DNA of 62,755 nucleotides, from NCBI GenBank assembly GCA_021847325.1, contig JAJZTY010000001.1, positions 1 to 62,755 on the forward strand, given 5' to 3'. This stretch comes from Bacillota bacterium (lineage in GTDB: Bacteria; Bacillota_I; Bacilli_A; Erysipelotrichales; Erysipelotrichaceae). This document shows, piece after piece, positions 32,466 through 43,247 of the stretch (position 1 is its first letter; every line of letters begins with the position of its first letter). The translations under genes and the position numbers were made by a program. The notes beneath the pieces are model-generated. The model saw only the letters and a list, made by a program, of their open reading frames with translations, was not told the origin of the DNA and searched no databases.

Positions 32466-35162
32466 ATGGACTATAAAGACACGTTATTAATGCCAAACAC
32501 AGAATTTGAAATGAGAGCGAATTTGACTCAAAAAGAGCCGAAATTCCAAGAGCGATGGAAAGAAGAAAATCTTTATGAAAAGATGAAAGAAGTTCATAAA
32601 GATAAAACTCCATTTGTTTTACATGATGGGCCTCCTTATGCGAATGGAAATATCCATATTGGTCATGCGTTGAACAAGATACTTAAAGATATTGTGGTTC
32701 GTAGCCACCATATGTTAGGGTATCAAAGTTCATTTGTGCCTGGATGGGATACACATGGTTTACCAATTGAAACCGCAATCTCTAAGTTGGGTCATAATCG
32801 TAAGACGATGACTACTTATGCTTTTAGAGAGCTTTGTGATGATTATGCTCGTAAGCAAATTGAAACTCAAATGGCTGATATGAAGGCTTTGGGAACCATT
32901 GGTGATTATGATCATTATTACGCAACCCTTCAGAAAGAGTTTGAAGCTAAGCAAATAGAAGTATTTGGTAAGATGGCAATGGAAGGTTTGATCTATAAAG
33001 GATTAAAGCCTGTTTATTGGAGTCCAAGTAGTGAAAGTGCATTGGCTGAAGCTGAGATTGAATATCATGACAAGAAAGATGAAACCATCTTTGTACGTTT
33101 TGAAGTAACAGAATCAAAAGGTCCTATAGATAAAGGGGATTTCTTTGTGATTTGGACTACTACTCCATGGACTATTCCTGCGAATCTTGCGATCTGTTTA
33201 AATGCTGATATCGAGTATGTCAAAGTTAAGACAGAAAAAGGGAACTTAGTTTTTGCGAAGCGTTTAATGGAAAATCTTCTTTCTCGATTTAAATTAGAAA
33301 ATTTAGGTGTATTATCAACATTTAAAGGATCCGAATGTGAGTTTGTACAAACGAAACATCCACTTTATGATCGAGTATCGATTGTTATATTGGGCGATCA
33401 CGTTACAGATGAAGATGGGACTGGATGTGTACATACTGCGCCTGGACATGGGGTTGAAGACTTTAATGTTGGACGAAAGTATGGATTAGAGGCATTTTGC
33501 CCAGTCGATGATCGTGGTTGTATGACAGCTGAAGCAGGAGACTTCTTAGTAGGTCAATTTGTCGAAGTTGCGAATAAAACAGTGATACAAACATTAGAAG
33601 AGAAAGATGCGTTATTAGCACTTGAACACATTGTGCATAGTTATCCGCATGATTGGCGTACAAAGAAGCCAGTTATTTTCCGTGCAACAACACAGTGGTT
33701 TGCGTCTATTGAAAAGATTCGTACTCAATTATTAAAAGAAATAGATTCTGTAAAATGGGTTCCTGAATGGGGTAAACTCAGAATGCATAATATGATTAAA
33801 GATCGTGGCGATTGGTGTATATCCCGTCAACGTGCATGGGGTGTTCCAATTCCTATTTTCTATACTCAAGAGAATACACCGATTATGGATGAAGTTGTGT
33901 TTAAACATGTATCTGAATTGTTTAGACAAGAAGGATCTAATATTTGGTTTAGTAAAGAAGCGAAAGATTTATTACCTGTAGGTTATACGCATCCTGAAAG
34001 TCCAGATGGTATCTTTAAGAAAGAAACAGATATCATGGATGTCTGGTTTGATTCTGGTTCATCTCATACTGGCGTTATCCTTGAGAGAGGTGGTTCTTTA
34101 CCAGTTGATTTATATTTAGAAGGTTCAGACCAATATCGTGGTTGGTTTAATAGTTCATTAATTGTATCTACGGCCGTACATGGACACGCACCATATAAAG
34201 AAGTTTTATCTCATGGGTTTGTACTAGATGGTAAAGGCGAGAAGATGAGTAAGTCTTTAGGTAATACCGTTGAACCGAATAAGGTGGTTAAGCAATCTGG
34301 TGCAGATATCTTACGTTTATGGGCAAGTTCGATAGATTATCAATCGGATGTACGTATATCGGATGATTTATTGAAACAAGTAGTCGAAAGCTATAAGAAA
34401 CTAAGAAACACATTTAGATTTTTATTGGCTAACTTAAATGAGTTTGATGTTAGTAAGAAAGTTGATTTTAATAAATTACCTAAGGTTGATTTATATATCT
34501 TAAGTGAATTAAATCAAGTAATAGATTTAGCTCATAATGTATATCGTAATTATGACTATAAGAATTTAGTAAGTGCTTGTAGTAATTTTATGACCAATCA
34601 AATGTCTGCTTATTACTTAGACTTTACTAAAGATATACTTTATATCGATAAGAAAGAAGGACAACGTCGTTTAGAAGTTCAGACAGTTCTTCATACGGTT
34701 GTCGATAGTTTGAATCGTATTTTAGCTCCAATTTTAGTGCATACGATGGAAGAAGTTCATGATGTTTTGAATCCTAATCAAGATTCTGTTCATTTAAAAG
34801 AGTTGCCAACACATTTGGATGTCCCAAGTGTTTCATCTGAAGATTGGGATAAATTATTTGAACTTCGTACGAATATATTTAAAGCATTAGAATTATCTCG
34901 TGCAGATAAAGTGATTGGTAAGAGTTTAGAAGCAAAAGTGGTTGTGGAAGTAACAGAAGATGTAGATCGATTAGTAAAAGAATATCTTCCAAATTTCTCT
35001 CAATGGCTCATCGTTTCTCAATCCGAAGTTAAACTTGGTAGTGAAACGAAAGTAAGTGTTGAAAAAGCACGTGGTCTTACATGTCCTCGTTGTTGGAATG
35101 TGACACATAGTCATGCGGAAGATGGTCTGTGTGATCGTTGTGCAGCTGTATTAAAGGATTAA
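32466..35162 (+). CDS. ileS: Isoleucine--tRNA ligase
   Basis: PPYANGNIHIGHA (HIGH) and KMSKS motifs with a C-terminal zinc finger (CPRC...CDRC). Confidence 0.93.
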   Translation: MDYKDTLLMPNTEFEMRANLTQKEPKFQERWKEENLYEKMKEVHKDKTPFVLHDGPPYANGNIHIGHALNKILKDIVVRSHHMLGYQSSFVPGWDTHGLPIETAISKLGHNRKTMTTYAFRELCDDYARKQIETQMADMKALGTIGDYDHYYATLQKEFEAKQIEVFGKMAMEGLIYKGLKPVYWSPSSESALAEAEIEYHDKKDETIFVRFEVTESKGPIDKGDFFVIWTTTPWTIPANLAICLNADIEYVKVKTEKGNLVFAKRLMENLLSRFKLENLGVLSTFKGSECEFVQTKHPLYDRVSIVILGDHVTDEDGTGCVHTAPGHGVEDFNVGRKYGLEAFCPVDDRGCMTAEAGDFLVGQFVEVANKTVIQTLEEKDALLALEHIVHSYPHDWRTKKPVIFRATTQWFASIEKIRTQLLKEIDSVKWVPEWGKLRMHNMIKDRGDWCISRQRAWGVPIPIFYTQENTPIMDEVVFKHVSELFRQEGSNIWFSKEAKDLLPVGYTHPESPDGIFKKETDIMDVWFDSGSSHTGVILERGGSLPVDLYLEGSDQYRGWFNSSLIVSTAVHGHAPYKEVLSHGFVLDGKGEKMSKSLGNTVEPNKVVKQSGADILRLWASSIDYQSDVRISDDLLKQVVESYKKLRNTFRFLLANLNEFDVSKKVDFNKLPKVDLYILSELNQVIDLAHNVYRNYDYKNLVSACSNFMTNQMSAYYLDFTKDILYIDKKEGQRRLEVQTVLHTVVDSLNRILAPILVHTMEEVHDVLNPNQDSVHLKELPTHLDVPSVSSEDWDKLFELRTNIFKALELSRADKVIGKSLEAKVVVEVTEDVDRLVKEYLPNFSQWLIVSQSEVKLGSETKVSVEKARGLTCPRCWNVTHSHAEDGLCDRCAAVLKD

Positions 35163-35184
35163 GTACTCGTAAGAGTACTTTTTT
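35162..35184 (+). terminator. Intrinsic terminator after ileS
   Basis: Hairpin agtactc-gtaa-gagtact followed by tttttt. Confidence 0.85.
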
Positions 35185-35198
35185 GTTATACTTGTTCT

Positions 35199-35924
35199 AT
35201 GGAAATCACATCAAATCAAAACGCAACGTATAAACAATGGATGAAACTTCATCAAGCGAAATATCGATCAGAGTATAGAAGATTTTTAGTTGAAGGAGAT
35301 CATCTTGTAGAAGAGGCGCTTAGTGCTCATTGTGTTGAAGCAATTATTCTTCGTTATGGTCATAAAACGAGTTTTAAGGGTCCTATATATGAACTGAAAG
35401 ATAATCTCTTTGATAAGTTGTGTGTGACACAATCTAAAGAGAATATAATTGCCTTATGTACATTTCCAGATGTAAGAGTTAAATCGCTTACAAGAATCTT
35501 AATCTGTGATCAAATTCAAGATCCTGGTAATATGGGTACTATGATTCGTACCGCATTATCATTTGGATTCGATAAAATACTTTGTTCAAAAGATTGTGTA
35601 GATGTATACAATGAAAAAGTAATTCGTGCATCTCAAGGCGCAATTTTTCATATATCGACTGAAACAGTTGATCTAGTAAAAACGATTGAAGACTTAAAGA
35701 AATTATCGTTTAATGTCTATGGGACTGGTTTTAATCAATCCACTCCACTTGAATCAGTTAAACCAACGGAAAAATGTGCGATAGTTCTTGGGAATGAAGG
35801 AAAAGGTGTTCGAACTGAAGTATTACGTAAATGTGATTCTATTATTCGAATTGAAACAAGTAAGTTTAATAGTTTAAATGTTGGAGTGGCGACAGGGATT
35901 CTTTTACACTATTTTAGAAAATAA
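35199..35924 (+). CDS. TrmH/SpoU family RNA 2'-O-methyltransferase (YsgA/RlmB-like)
   Basis: SPOUT motifs (DQIQDPGNMGTMIRTA, VLGNEGKGV, SLNVGVATGILL). Position upstream of pheST as for Bacillus ysgA. Confidence 0.85.
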   Translation: MEITSNQNATYKQWMKLHQAKYRSEYRRFLVEGDHLVEEALSAHCVEAIILRYGHKTSFKGPIYELKDNLFDKLCVTQSKENIIALCTFPDVRVKSLTRILICDQIQDPGNMGTMIRTALSFGFDKILCSKDCVDVYNEKVIRASQGAIFHISTETVDLVKTIEDLKKLSFNVYGTGFNQSTPLESVKPTEKCAIVLGNEGKGVRTEVLRKCDSIIRIETSKFNSLNVGVATGILLHYFRK

Positions 35925-35925
35925 T

Positions 35926-35954
35926 TTGGATTATTGAATTTGATTTGTTATACT
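35926..35954 (+). promoter_or_regulatory. Sigma-A promoter of the pheST T-box leader
   Basis: TTGGAT (35926-35931), a 17-nt spacer, then an extended -10 TGtTATACT (35946-35954). Confidence 0.65.
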
Positions 35955-35961
35955 ATTGATG

Positions 35962-36152
35962 TAAATCAATGATGGGACATAGTAACAGAACCCTTTAGAG
36001 AGAATAACGTGTGCTGAAAGTTATTCATACTCTGTGAATTCACCCCAAAGAGGAGTTAATCACTCACGGTCCCACCGTTATCGGATTGAGCTGTGTCGTA
36101 AGACAAAGCAGGATGGTACCGCGATTTTCGTTCCTGTAGGAGCGATTTTTTT
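35962..36152 (+). promoter_or_regulatory. T-box leader (tRNA-Phe) with terminator
   Basis: AGAGAGA and GCTGAAAG Stem I elements, canonical specifier context GAA-TTC-A (TTC at 36039-36041), the T-box sequence CAGGATGGTACCGCG (to 36123), and terminator tcgttcct-gt-aggagcga plus T7. Confidence 0.9.
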
Positions 36153-36167
36153 ATTTTAAGGAGAACT

Positions 36168-37193
36168 ATGGAAAAATTAAGAAAAGATGGGTTAGAAGCG
36201 ATTCAAGCATGTACTAATCTTAGTGAATTAGGTAATGTACGTAATGAGTATTTATCTAAGAAAGGGCTTGTTTCTCAGTTAATGTTACAAATGAAGGATT
36301 TACCTGCTGAAGAAAAACCTGCATTTGGATCTAAAGTGAATGAGTTAAAACAAAGTTTGGAAAATGCGTTTAAGTTAAAAGAACAAGAACTTGAAGACTT
36401 AAAACTTAATGAGCAATTAAAATTAGGTAAAATTGATATAACTTTACCATCCAGTTTACCAAGGGTTGGAACACTTCATCCTTTAACTGTGGTTCAAACG
36501 GAAATTGAACAATTCTTTATTGGAATGGGTTATTTAGTTGAAGAAGGACCAGAAGTAGAACTTGATTATTACAACTTTGAACGTGCAAATATTCCTCAGA
36601 ATCATCCGGCACGTGATATGCAAGATACCTTCTATATCAATATGGAATGGCTTTTAAGAACGCATACTACGGCGATTCAAACACGTACGTTAGAAGCGTA
36701 TAAAGGTGAAGTTCCAATTAAAGTTATATGTCCGGGTAAGGTGTATCGAAAAGATGATGATGATGCGACACATTCTCACCAATTCGTTCAGATGGAAGGA
36801 TTGGTAGTAGGTGAAAGAATTTCCATGTCTGATTTAAAAGGGACTTTAGAGAAATTAGCGAAACATATGTTTGGAGATGCACGCGTTATTCGTTTTAGAC
36901 CATCGTATTTCCAATTTACTGAACCAAGTGTTGAGGTTGATGTATCCTGTCATATTTGTAATGGAAAAGGTTGTCCAACCTGCAAGCATACAGGGTGGAT
37001 TGAGATTTTAGGTGCTGGAATGGTTCACCCGAATGTTTTACGTATGGCTGGCTTTGATCCTGAAAAGGTTAGCGGATTTGCGTTTGGATTAGGGGTTGAA
37101 CGTGTTGCGTTACTCAAATATGGTATCGATGACATCCGTCAATTCTATACCAATGATTTACGCTTTTTATCGACATTCCGTCGTTTTGAGTAG
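36168..37193 (+). CDS. pheS: Phenylalanine--tRNA ligase alpha subunit
   Basis: Class II motifs with a full-length PheS-like sequence ([20 protein letters not shown]). Confidence 0.93.
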   Translation: MEKLRKDGLEAIQACTNLSELGNVRNEYLSKKGLVSQLMLQMKDLPAEEKPAFGSKVNELKQSLENAFKLKEQELEDLKLNEQLKLGKIDITLPSSLPRVGTLHPLTVVQTEIEQFFIGMGYLVEEGPEVELDYYNFERANIPQNHPARDMQDTFYINMEWLLRTHTTAIQTRTLEAYKGEVPIKVICPGKVYRKDDDDATHSHQFVQMEGLVVGERISMSDLKGTLEKLAKHMFGDARVIRFRPSYFQFTEPSVEVDVSCHICNGKGCPTCKHTGWIEILGAGMVHPNVLRMAGFDPEKVSGFAFGLGVERVALLKYGIDDIRQFYTNDLRFLSTFRRFE

Positions 37194-37202
37194 GAGAAAA
37201 AC

Positions 37203-39590
37203 ATGAAAGTAAGTTTAAAATGGTTAAGTCGATATGTCGATTTAAAGGATATATCAGCTGATAAATTAGCAGATACATTAACGTTAGCAGGTTTAGAAGT
37301 TGAAAGTGTAGATGCGGTAGCCCATGGCACAAATCTTGTTATTGGGGAAGTTTTAGAATGTGAGAAACATCCTGAATCGGATCATTTATCAAAGACATTG
37401 GTTAATGTTGGAGATGAGGTATTATCCATCGTTTGTGGTGCGCCTAATGTTCGAAAAGGCCAAAAAGTAATTGTCGCAAAAGTTGGGGCTGTATTACCTG
37501 AAATTACAATTAAGAAAGCAAGTATTAAAGGTGTTGAAAGTAATGGGATGATTTGTTCGTTACTTGAGTTAGGGGTTGATCCTAAACATCTAAGTGATAA
37601 TCAGAAGTCTGGTATAGAAGTACTTGATCCAAGTGTAGTGGTAGGTCAAGAAGCATTATCAACTTTAGGTTTAGATGATGTGATTATAGACATTAAGCAA
37701 ACACCAAATCGTAATGATTTTAATGCTTTATGGTCAGTTGCTTATGAAGTATCAGCCTTATTAAAACGTGAAGTTAATATTCCTTGGAAAAAGGATTGCC
37801 ATGTACAAGGGAATAAGAGTTCTCTTATTATTGGTTCTGAAACATCGAATTGTCCGTTATTCTTAGGAAAGATGATTGGTAGTGTTAAAGTTGGGCCAAG
37901 TCCGGAATGGTTAAAACGCGATTTAGAATCAGTAGGAATGAAGTCAATTAATAATGTGGTGGATATCTCTAACTATGTCATGGTTGAGACTGGTCAACCT
38001 TTACATTTCTATGATGCATCAAAGTTGTCGAAAACTGAGATTATTGTTAAGGATCAACAAGTAGGCAAAATTAAGACATTAGATGAATCAGAACTTGATT
38101 TAGAGTTGGATGATATTGTGATTACATCAAATAATTCTCCTATTGGGTTAGCTGGAATTATGGGTGGTGATGATAGTAAAATTGATGAAAGTACGAAATC
38201 TATCATTATCGAAGCTGCTCAGTTTGATCCGACTCGTATTCGTCATACATCACGTCGTGTTAACTTGTTAACGGACGCAAGTCTTCGTTTCCAAAAGGGT
38301 ATAGATCCAATGGCAACCTATAAAGCGATGGATCGTGCAGTTGAATTATTAGTTCAATATGCGGATGCGACATTAATTGAAGAAACACAAGTTCATGGTG
38401 ATGTTAATTCTGAACTCAAAAAGGTGAGTGTAAAACATTCCCATATAGAGAATTTATTAGGTACACGTGTTTCACTTGATGCGTGTGTCGATATCTTTGA
38501 AAGATTATATTTTAATCCAACTGTCAATGGTGAAACAATTACTTGTACTATTCCAAGTTATCGTTTGGATATAGATGTTGCGGAAGATTTGATTGAAGAA
38601 GTTGGACGTATCATTGGATATGCGGATTTAGTGGGTACTTTACCGGTTATGCCTAGTACTCAAGGTGGCTATAATCCACGTCAACAAGTACGTCAAAGAA
38701 TACGTCAATTAGCGCTTGGATTTGGTATGAATGAAGTAATTACGTATACCCTTGTTCATGAAGATAAGTGCAAAGAAGGGGTTTATCCATTAGAGAATCC
38801 TGCTCGTTTGATGTCTCCACTTAGTGAAGAAAGACGATATGTTCGTAATAATTTATTAACGAGTCTTCTTGATACAGCAAGTTATAATCAAGCACATAAA
38901 ATGAAGGATTTCCAAATTTTTGAGATTTCAAATCTTAATACTATGCAAGAGAATCAAGAACGATGTGCGTTTATCTTAAGTGGAAGTCATGAAGTATCGA
39001 TTTGGCAAAAACAAAATATGCCATATGATTTCTATAGTGCGAAAGGCATAGTTGAACGATTTTTATTTGAAATTGGTTTTGCGTCAAGTCGAATCAAATT
39101 TGAATCAAATGAAACATCCGATTTCTTCCATCCATTACGATCTGCAATTGTGACATTTGATAAGAAAGTTATTGGGGTTATCGGAGAAATTCATCCTAAG
39201 GTAGCGAAACGTTATGATGTAAGTACCGTTATTATGGGTGAAATTATTCTTGAGAAATTACTTGAAATGAAGACTGCAAAGATTAAATACAGTCCAATTA
39301 ATAAATTACCTAGTGTTGTTCGTGATATTGCATTAGTATGTGATGAGTCGACACTTGCAAGTGATATTGAAAAAGTGATTCGTTCAGTATCTAAAGATAT
39401 GATTCAATCAGTTACTATCTTTGATGTATATCAAGGGGATAAAGTGGAAAAGGGTAAGAAATCAATCGCATTAAAGGTTGTTTATCAAGCGTTAGATCAT
39501 ACCTTAAGTGAAGAAGAAATCACGAATTTATATCAAAAAACGATTGAAGCATGCAAAAAAGGCTTGAATGCTGAGTTGCGAATCGCTTAA
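37203..39590 (+). CDS. pheT: Phenylalanine--tRNA ligase beta subunit
   Basis: MKVSLKWL N-terminus, tRNA-binding OB domain, B3/4 and B5 domains and a C-terminal FDX-ACB domain pattern. Confidence 0.93.
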   Translation: MKVSLKWLSRYVDLKDISADKLADTLTLAGLEVESVDAVAHGTNLVIGEVLECEKHPESDHLSKTLVNVGDEVLSIVCGAPNVRKGQKVIVAKVGAVLPEITIKKASIKGVESNGMICSLLELGVDPKHLSDNQKSGIEVLDPSVVVGQEALSTLGLDDVIIDIKQTPNRNDFNALWSVAYEVSALLKREVNIPWKKDCHVQGNKSSLIIGSETSNCPLFLGKMIGSVKVGPSPEWLKRDLESVGMKSINNVVDISNYVMVETGQPLHFYDASKLSKTEIIVKDQQVGKIKTLDESELDLELDDIVITSNNSPIGLAGIMGGDDSKIDESTKSIIIEAAQFDPTRIRHTSRRVNLLTDASLRFQKGIDPMATYKAMDRAVELLVQYADATLIEETQVHGDVNSELKKVSVKHSHIENLLGTRVSLDACVDIFERLYFNPTVNGETITCTIPSYRLDIDVAEDLIEEVGRIIGYADLVGTLPVMPSTQGGYNPRQQVRQRIRQLALGFGMNEVITYTLVHEDKCKEGVYPLENPARLMSPLSEERRYVRNNLLTSLLDTASYNQAHKMKDFQIFEISNLNTMQENQERCAFILSGSHEVSIWQKQNMPYDFYSAKGIVERFLFEIGFASSRIKFESNETSDFFHPLRSAIVTFDKKVIGVIGEIHPKVAKRYDVSTVIMGEIILEKLLEMKTAKIKYSPINKLPSVVRDIALVCDESTLASDIEKVIRSVSKDMIQSVTIFDVYQGDKVEKGKKSIALKVVYQALDHTLSEEEITNLYQKTIEACKKGLNAELRIA

Positions 39591-39629
39591 AATTAGATGT
39601 GGTATTAACAAAATAAAGGTGGTGCACAC

Positions 39630-40346
39630 ATGGGACGCGCATTTGAAGTAAGAAAAAAGGCAAGAGAAAAAACGAATGCCTCAAAGACAAAGATTTATTC
39701 ACGATTTGGTAAAGAGTTGTATATTGCGGCTAAGGCAGGAATTCCTGATCCTGAAATGAATCAAGGATTAAAGCGTATGATTGAACGTGCAAAGGCAAAT
39801 CAAGTGCCTGCGGATGTTATTAAACGTGCAATTGATAAAGCTAAAGGTGGTTCAGAAGATAGTTATACAAGTGTTCGATATGAAGGATATGGTCCTGGTA
39901 ACTGTACAATCATCATTGATTGTTTAACAGATAATGTTAATCGTACAGTAAGTGATGTTCGTAACTGTTTTACAAAGACTAAATCTAAAATGGGAGTTTC
40001 TGGTTCAGTTTCTCATTTATATGATCACATTGGAATCTTAGCATTTCCATATGATAATGATGAACAAGTCTTAGATACATTAATTGAACATGATGTTGAT
40101 GTGGTTGATGTAGAAAAAGAAGATGAAACAATCAATGTGACGGTTCATCCAAATGATTTGTATAAAGCTAAGACAGCGATTGAAACGATTCTTCCGGAAG
40201 TCGAGTTTAGTGCTTTAGAGACAACGATGGTTCCACATGATATGGTTCAGTTGAGCGGCGATGATGAAGAGTTGTTTAATCGTTTTATGAATATGATTGA
40301 TGAATTAGATGATGTACAAAACGTATATCATAATGTTGAAGAATAA
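39630..40346 (+). CDS. YebC/PmpR family DNA-binding transcriptional regulator
   Basis: MGRAFEVRKKA...K N-terminus and full-length YebC-like sequence. Confidence 0.88.
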   Translation: MGRAFEVRKKAREKTNASKTKIYSRFGKELYIAAKAGIPDPEMNQGLKRMIERAKANQVPADVIKRAIDKAKGGSEDSYTSVRYEGYGPGNCTIIIDCLTDNVNRTVSDVRNCFTKTKSKMGVSGSVSHLYDHIGILAFPYDNDEQVLDTLIEHDVDVVDVEKEDETINVTVHPNDLYKAKTAIETILPEVEFSALETTMVPHDMVQLSGDDEELFNRFMNMIDELDDVQNVYHNVEE

Positions 40347-40373
40347 AGCGATTGAATTTCAATCGCTTTTTTT
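40345..40373. terminator. Bidirectional terminator between yebC-like gene and tmcAL
   Basis: aaagcgattga-att-tcaatcgcttttttt. It overlaps the tmcAL stop codon. Confidence 0.8.
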
Positions 40374-41480
40374 AATAATAGGTCCTTCGATTTCGCGTTG
40401 GATGATTTGATTTCGTTCTTCTTTATTCATTCCATAGGCATATGCTTGTGTCGCTTTCAATTCTATTTCTCTCAACTTAGGTGGCATTTGATTAAAGCGT
40501 GATGCGATTTTTACATCTGATTCTCGGAGTGTTTTTAAGTAATCTTGTCCTTTTGAGTTAAATCCTAGAATTCTTACACTATTTAAAAGTTCTAACTTAG
40601 GAATATCATTGCGTTTTGTATGAGTAAGTAGATGTACACAAGCGCGTTGGATACGGGCTCTTGTATATCTTCTTCCAATACAATTATGCATGAATTCTTC
40701 AAATGTATTTGATAGTTTGATTTGTTTCTTAAAGTGATTTTCGAGTCCTTCATCCATTAAAAATATACTTTGAAGATCCTCTTTGTTAATTGTTAATAGT
40801 TTAGTTTTTAGATAATCAAAATAGTTTTCCCAATGAATAGGTTTATGTTTGTTCAGTTCTTCAAACATGGGAGTATAGTTTTGAATATCTTTACCTTCTA
40901 ATAATGCTTTTCGAATGGCAGTTGCGCTTGCGATTGTATGATTGAGTTGTTCCTCATGATAATGATTTGTTCTTTGGATGCAATGTGGCTTCATTTTGGT
41001 TTTTTGAATGGCTTTTAAATAGGCGATCCCAAGAATATCATTTGGATGAAATGATCCTTGGACTAATCCATAAGCTTTAGGATAACCCATACCCATGTTG
41101 AGATTTTCTTTCAATCCATCAACATTAATAGGTAAATCTGCCATGAGTTGTAATGTTTCGATATCATTACTTTCACTTCCGAAAACAATATCAGTACATC
41201 CCATTAACTCTAGAATGCGTACAGAGGCATTTGCGAAGTGTTTTGCGCTTTGTACAACAAATGGGTAAGGCAACTCACAAACTATGTCTATTCCACTGTT
41301 TAATGCGGTTTCTGTACGTATCCATTTATTAATAATGGTTGGTTCACCACGTTGAACAAAATGACCACTCATTACACATATTAATAAATCGCATTGTGTT
41401 ATTTCGCGTGTTTTATCAATATGATATTGATGACCATTATGAAACGGGTTATATTCAGTAATTATTCCTGCTATTTTCAT
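40359..41480 (-). CDS. tmcAL: tRNA(Met) cytidine acetate ligase (UPF0348 / YlbM family nucleotidyltransferase)
   Basis: GIITEYNPFHNGHQYHI N-terminal HxGH nucleotidyltransferase motif, characteristic of YlbM/TmcAL. Confidence 0.8.
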   Translation of the reverse strand: MKIAGIITEYNPFHNGHQYHIDKTREITQCDLLICVMSGHFVQRGEPTIINKWIRTETALNSGIDIVCELPYPFVVQSAKHFANASVRILELMGCTDIVFGSESNDIETLQLMADLPINVDGLKENLNMGMGYPKAYGLVQGSFHPNDILGIAYLKAIQKTKMKPHCIQRTNHYHEEQLNHTIASATAIRKALLEGKDIQNYTPMFEELNKHKPIHWENYFDYLKTKLLTINKEDLQSIFLMDEGLENHFKKQIKLSNTFEEFMHNCIGRRYTRARIQRACVHLLTHTKRNDIPKLELLNSVRILGFNSKGQDYLKTLRESDVKIASRFNQMPPKLREIELKATQAYAYGMNKEERNQIIQREIEGPIIKKSD

Positions 41481-41554
41481 GTTAATTACTATAACATAGG
41501 GTTATCATTTTATCTATAAGTGGTGTATGATGAACTTAAGTGAGGGTATATTAT

Positions 41555-42466
41555 ATGAAAGAAATAATGTATACATCTTCTTTTGATTCCCAAAAATTAA
41601 AAGCATATTATTACGAAGTTAATCAACCTAAAGCATTTGTTTGTATCTTTCATGGGATGGCTGAACATCAACTACGATATAAAAAATTAGCAAATGTATT
41701 AAATGATCACCACTACAGCGTGTTAACCATCGATCATAGGGGACATGGGGAAAGCCTTTTTGATGGTAGTTTAAAAGGCTATTTTGCGGATGAAGATGGA
41801 TGGCATAAAAATCTAGATGATTTACATTCCATCATTCACTCTGTAAAGCCAAATAATATTCCATTTATCCTTTTTGGGCATAGTATGGGTAGTTTGTTTG
41901 CGCGTTCCTATCTCAAGAAATATGGAGACGAGTTGTCAGGATTATTTCTAAGCGGATCACCGGATGAAAGCCCAATGGCAAGTGCTGGATTAACACTTGC
42001 GAAAATTATACGTGCATTAAAAGGTAAGAAACATCCTTCACCATTTATGACAAAATTATCGTTTGGTAGTTTTAATAAAGCAATTACTAATCCTAAAACA
42101 AGTATGGATTGGTTAAGCATTAATGAAGAAAATGTAAAGAGATATATAGAAGATGATTTATGTGGATTTGATTTTACAACACAAGCTTATGTCGATATGT
42201 TAGAAGGAATTCAAGAAGTATATCATGATACATGGAAAGTTTCTAACCCAGATCTTTCAATTCAATTTATGAGTGGTGAACAAGATCCATGTTTCTTACC
42301 GAATGGCTTAGAAAAAGCAGTAAATCGTTTATTAGAATTGGGTTATAAGAATGTGAGTTATACATTAATTGAAGGGTGTCGTCACGAAATATTTAATGAG
42401 AATAAACAAGATCAAGTCATTGAACTGTTCATCAATTGGTTGAATAATGTCGTAAACGTGAATTAG
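41555..42466 (+). CDS. Alpha/beta hydrolase (lysophospholipase / monoacylglycerol lipase-like)
   Basis: HGMAEH and GHSMGS nucleophile-elbow motifs and a C-terminal His (CRHEIF). ATG at 41555 follows a GAGGG RBS. Confidence 0.8.
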   Translation: MKEIMYTSSFDSQKLKAYYYEVNQPKAFVCIFHGMAEHQLRYKKLANVLNDHHYSVLTIDHRGHGESLFDGSLKGYFADEDGWHKNLDDLHSIIHSVKPNNIPFILFGHSMGSLFARSYLKKYGDELSGLFLSGSPDESPMASAGLTLAKIIRALKGKKHPSPFMTKLSFGSFNKAITNPKTSMDWLSINEENVKRYIEDDLCGFDFTTQAYVDMLEGIQEVYHDTWKVSNPDLSIQFMSGEQDPCFLPNGLEKAVNRLLELGYKNVSYTLIEGCRHEIFNENKQDQVIELFINWLNNVVNVN

Positions 42467-42468
42467 CG

Positions 42469-42497
42469 TTGACTTTTAACAGGTTTATCTTTATAAT
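42469..42497 (+). promoter_or_regulatory. Consensus sigma-A promoter of yceD-rpmF
   Basis: TTGACT (42469-42474), a 17-nt spacer, then TATAAT (42492-42497). Confidence 0.8.
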
Positions 42498-42524
42498 AAG
42501 TCCGTTGACGAAAAGGTGATTTTT

Positions 42525-43049
42525 ATGAAATGGGCGAAACGTGATTTAGAGAGACTTCCATTGGAAGGCGAAGAAATCCAAGTAAGCTTAAACTTTACGG
42601 AAGATGAGATACCAGCGTATATGAATATACGAAGAGTTGAAAGTTGTGAAGTAAAGGCAAAACTGAGTTATGATGTGCATTCAAATTTGTTGATGGCAGA
42701 TCTAAATTTAAAAGGTAAGATGATTCTTCCTTGTTCAATCAGTTTTGAAGACGTTCCTATTTCATTTAAGACAACGTCAAAGCTTGTATATAGCTTTAAT
42801 CCAGTTGATGATGATTCTGATATTATTGTAGTTGATGGAGAAGTGTTGGATTTCAAACCTGAAGTCTTAGGATTAATATGGTTGGAAGTACCTGCGGTTG
42901 TCATATCAAAGAAAATAAAGCAATTACCATCGGGAGAAGGTTGGGAAGTTTTGACTGAAGAAGAATTTGGACGTCGCAAAGAACAAAAGATTGATCCAAG
43001 ATTAGCGAAAATCTTGGAGTACAAAGCACAAGATGATGAGGAGGTGTGA
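42525..43049 (+). CDS. YceD family (DUF177) protein
   Basis: Acidic DUF177-like sequence located immediately upstream of rpmF, the conserved position of this family. Confidence 0.8.
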   Translation: MKWAKRDLERLPLEGEEIQVSLNFTEDEIPAYMNIRRVESCEVKAKLSYDVHSNLLMADLNLKGKMILPCSISFEDVPISFKTTSKLVYSFNPVDDDSDIIVVDGEVLDFKPEVLGLIWLEVPAVVISKKIKQLPSGEGWEVLTEEEFGRRKEQKIDPRLAKILEYKAQDDEEV

Positions 43050-43052
43050 TTC

Positions 43053-43211
43053 ATGGCTGTACAACAAAGACGTGTTTCTAAAACAAGAAAAGCAAAACGC
43101 AGAACGCATTATAAGTTGGCTGCACCGACTATGGTGAAGTGTCCTTCATGTGGTGAGTATAAATTGCCTCATCATGTTTGTGAAGCATGCGGACAATACG
43201 AAAGTAAATAA
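43053..43211 (+). CDS. rpmF: 50S ribosomal protein L32
   Basis: Not in the ORF track (52 aa). Translation [52 protein letters not shown] with GAGGAGG RBS. Zinc-ribbon L32 signature. Confidence 0.92.
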   Translation: MAVQQRRVSKTRKAKRRTHYKLAAPTMVKCPSCGEYKLPHHVCEACGQYESK

Positions 43212-43212
43212 G

Positions 43213-43232
43213 AAAGCGAATTTCGCTTTTTT
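43213..43232 (+). terminator. Intrinsic terminator after rpmF
   Basis: aaagcgaa-t-ttcgcttt followed by a T run. Confidence 0.75.
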
Positions 43233-43247
43233 AGTTTAAAGATTATT

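Noticed and set aside
42668-43054. A 128-aa minus-strand ORF antisense to yceD. Other antisense or alternate-frame ORFs include 3122-3334, 5495-5713, 11398-11634, 12193-12462, 15305-15526, 15889-16092, 17111-17329, 18825-19064, 19180-19371, 19475-19711, 22815-23042, 23974-24162, 24415-24669, 25555-25761, 27134-27322, 29968-30156, 32760-32954, 33307-33929, 37114-37332, 39520-39702, 41908-42120, 43288-43488, 44449-44733, 45318-45527, 47081-47284, 51052-51279, 54447-54641, 55112-55303, 55722-55907, 57530-57784, 57908-58090, 58903-59145 and 61703-61897.
   Set aside because: All lie fully inside or across strongly supported genes. They have low-complexity or Ser/Ile/Phe-biased composition typical of shadow frames in AT-rich DNA, and no RBS.
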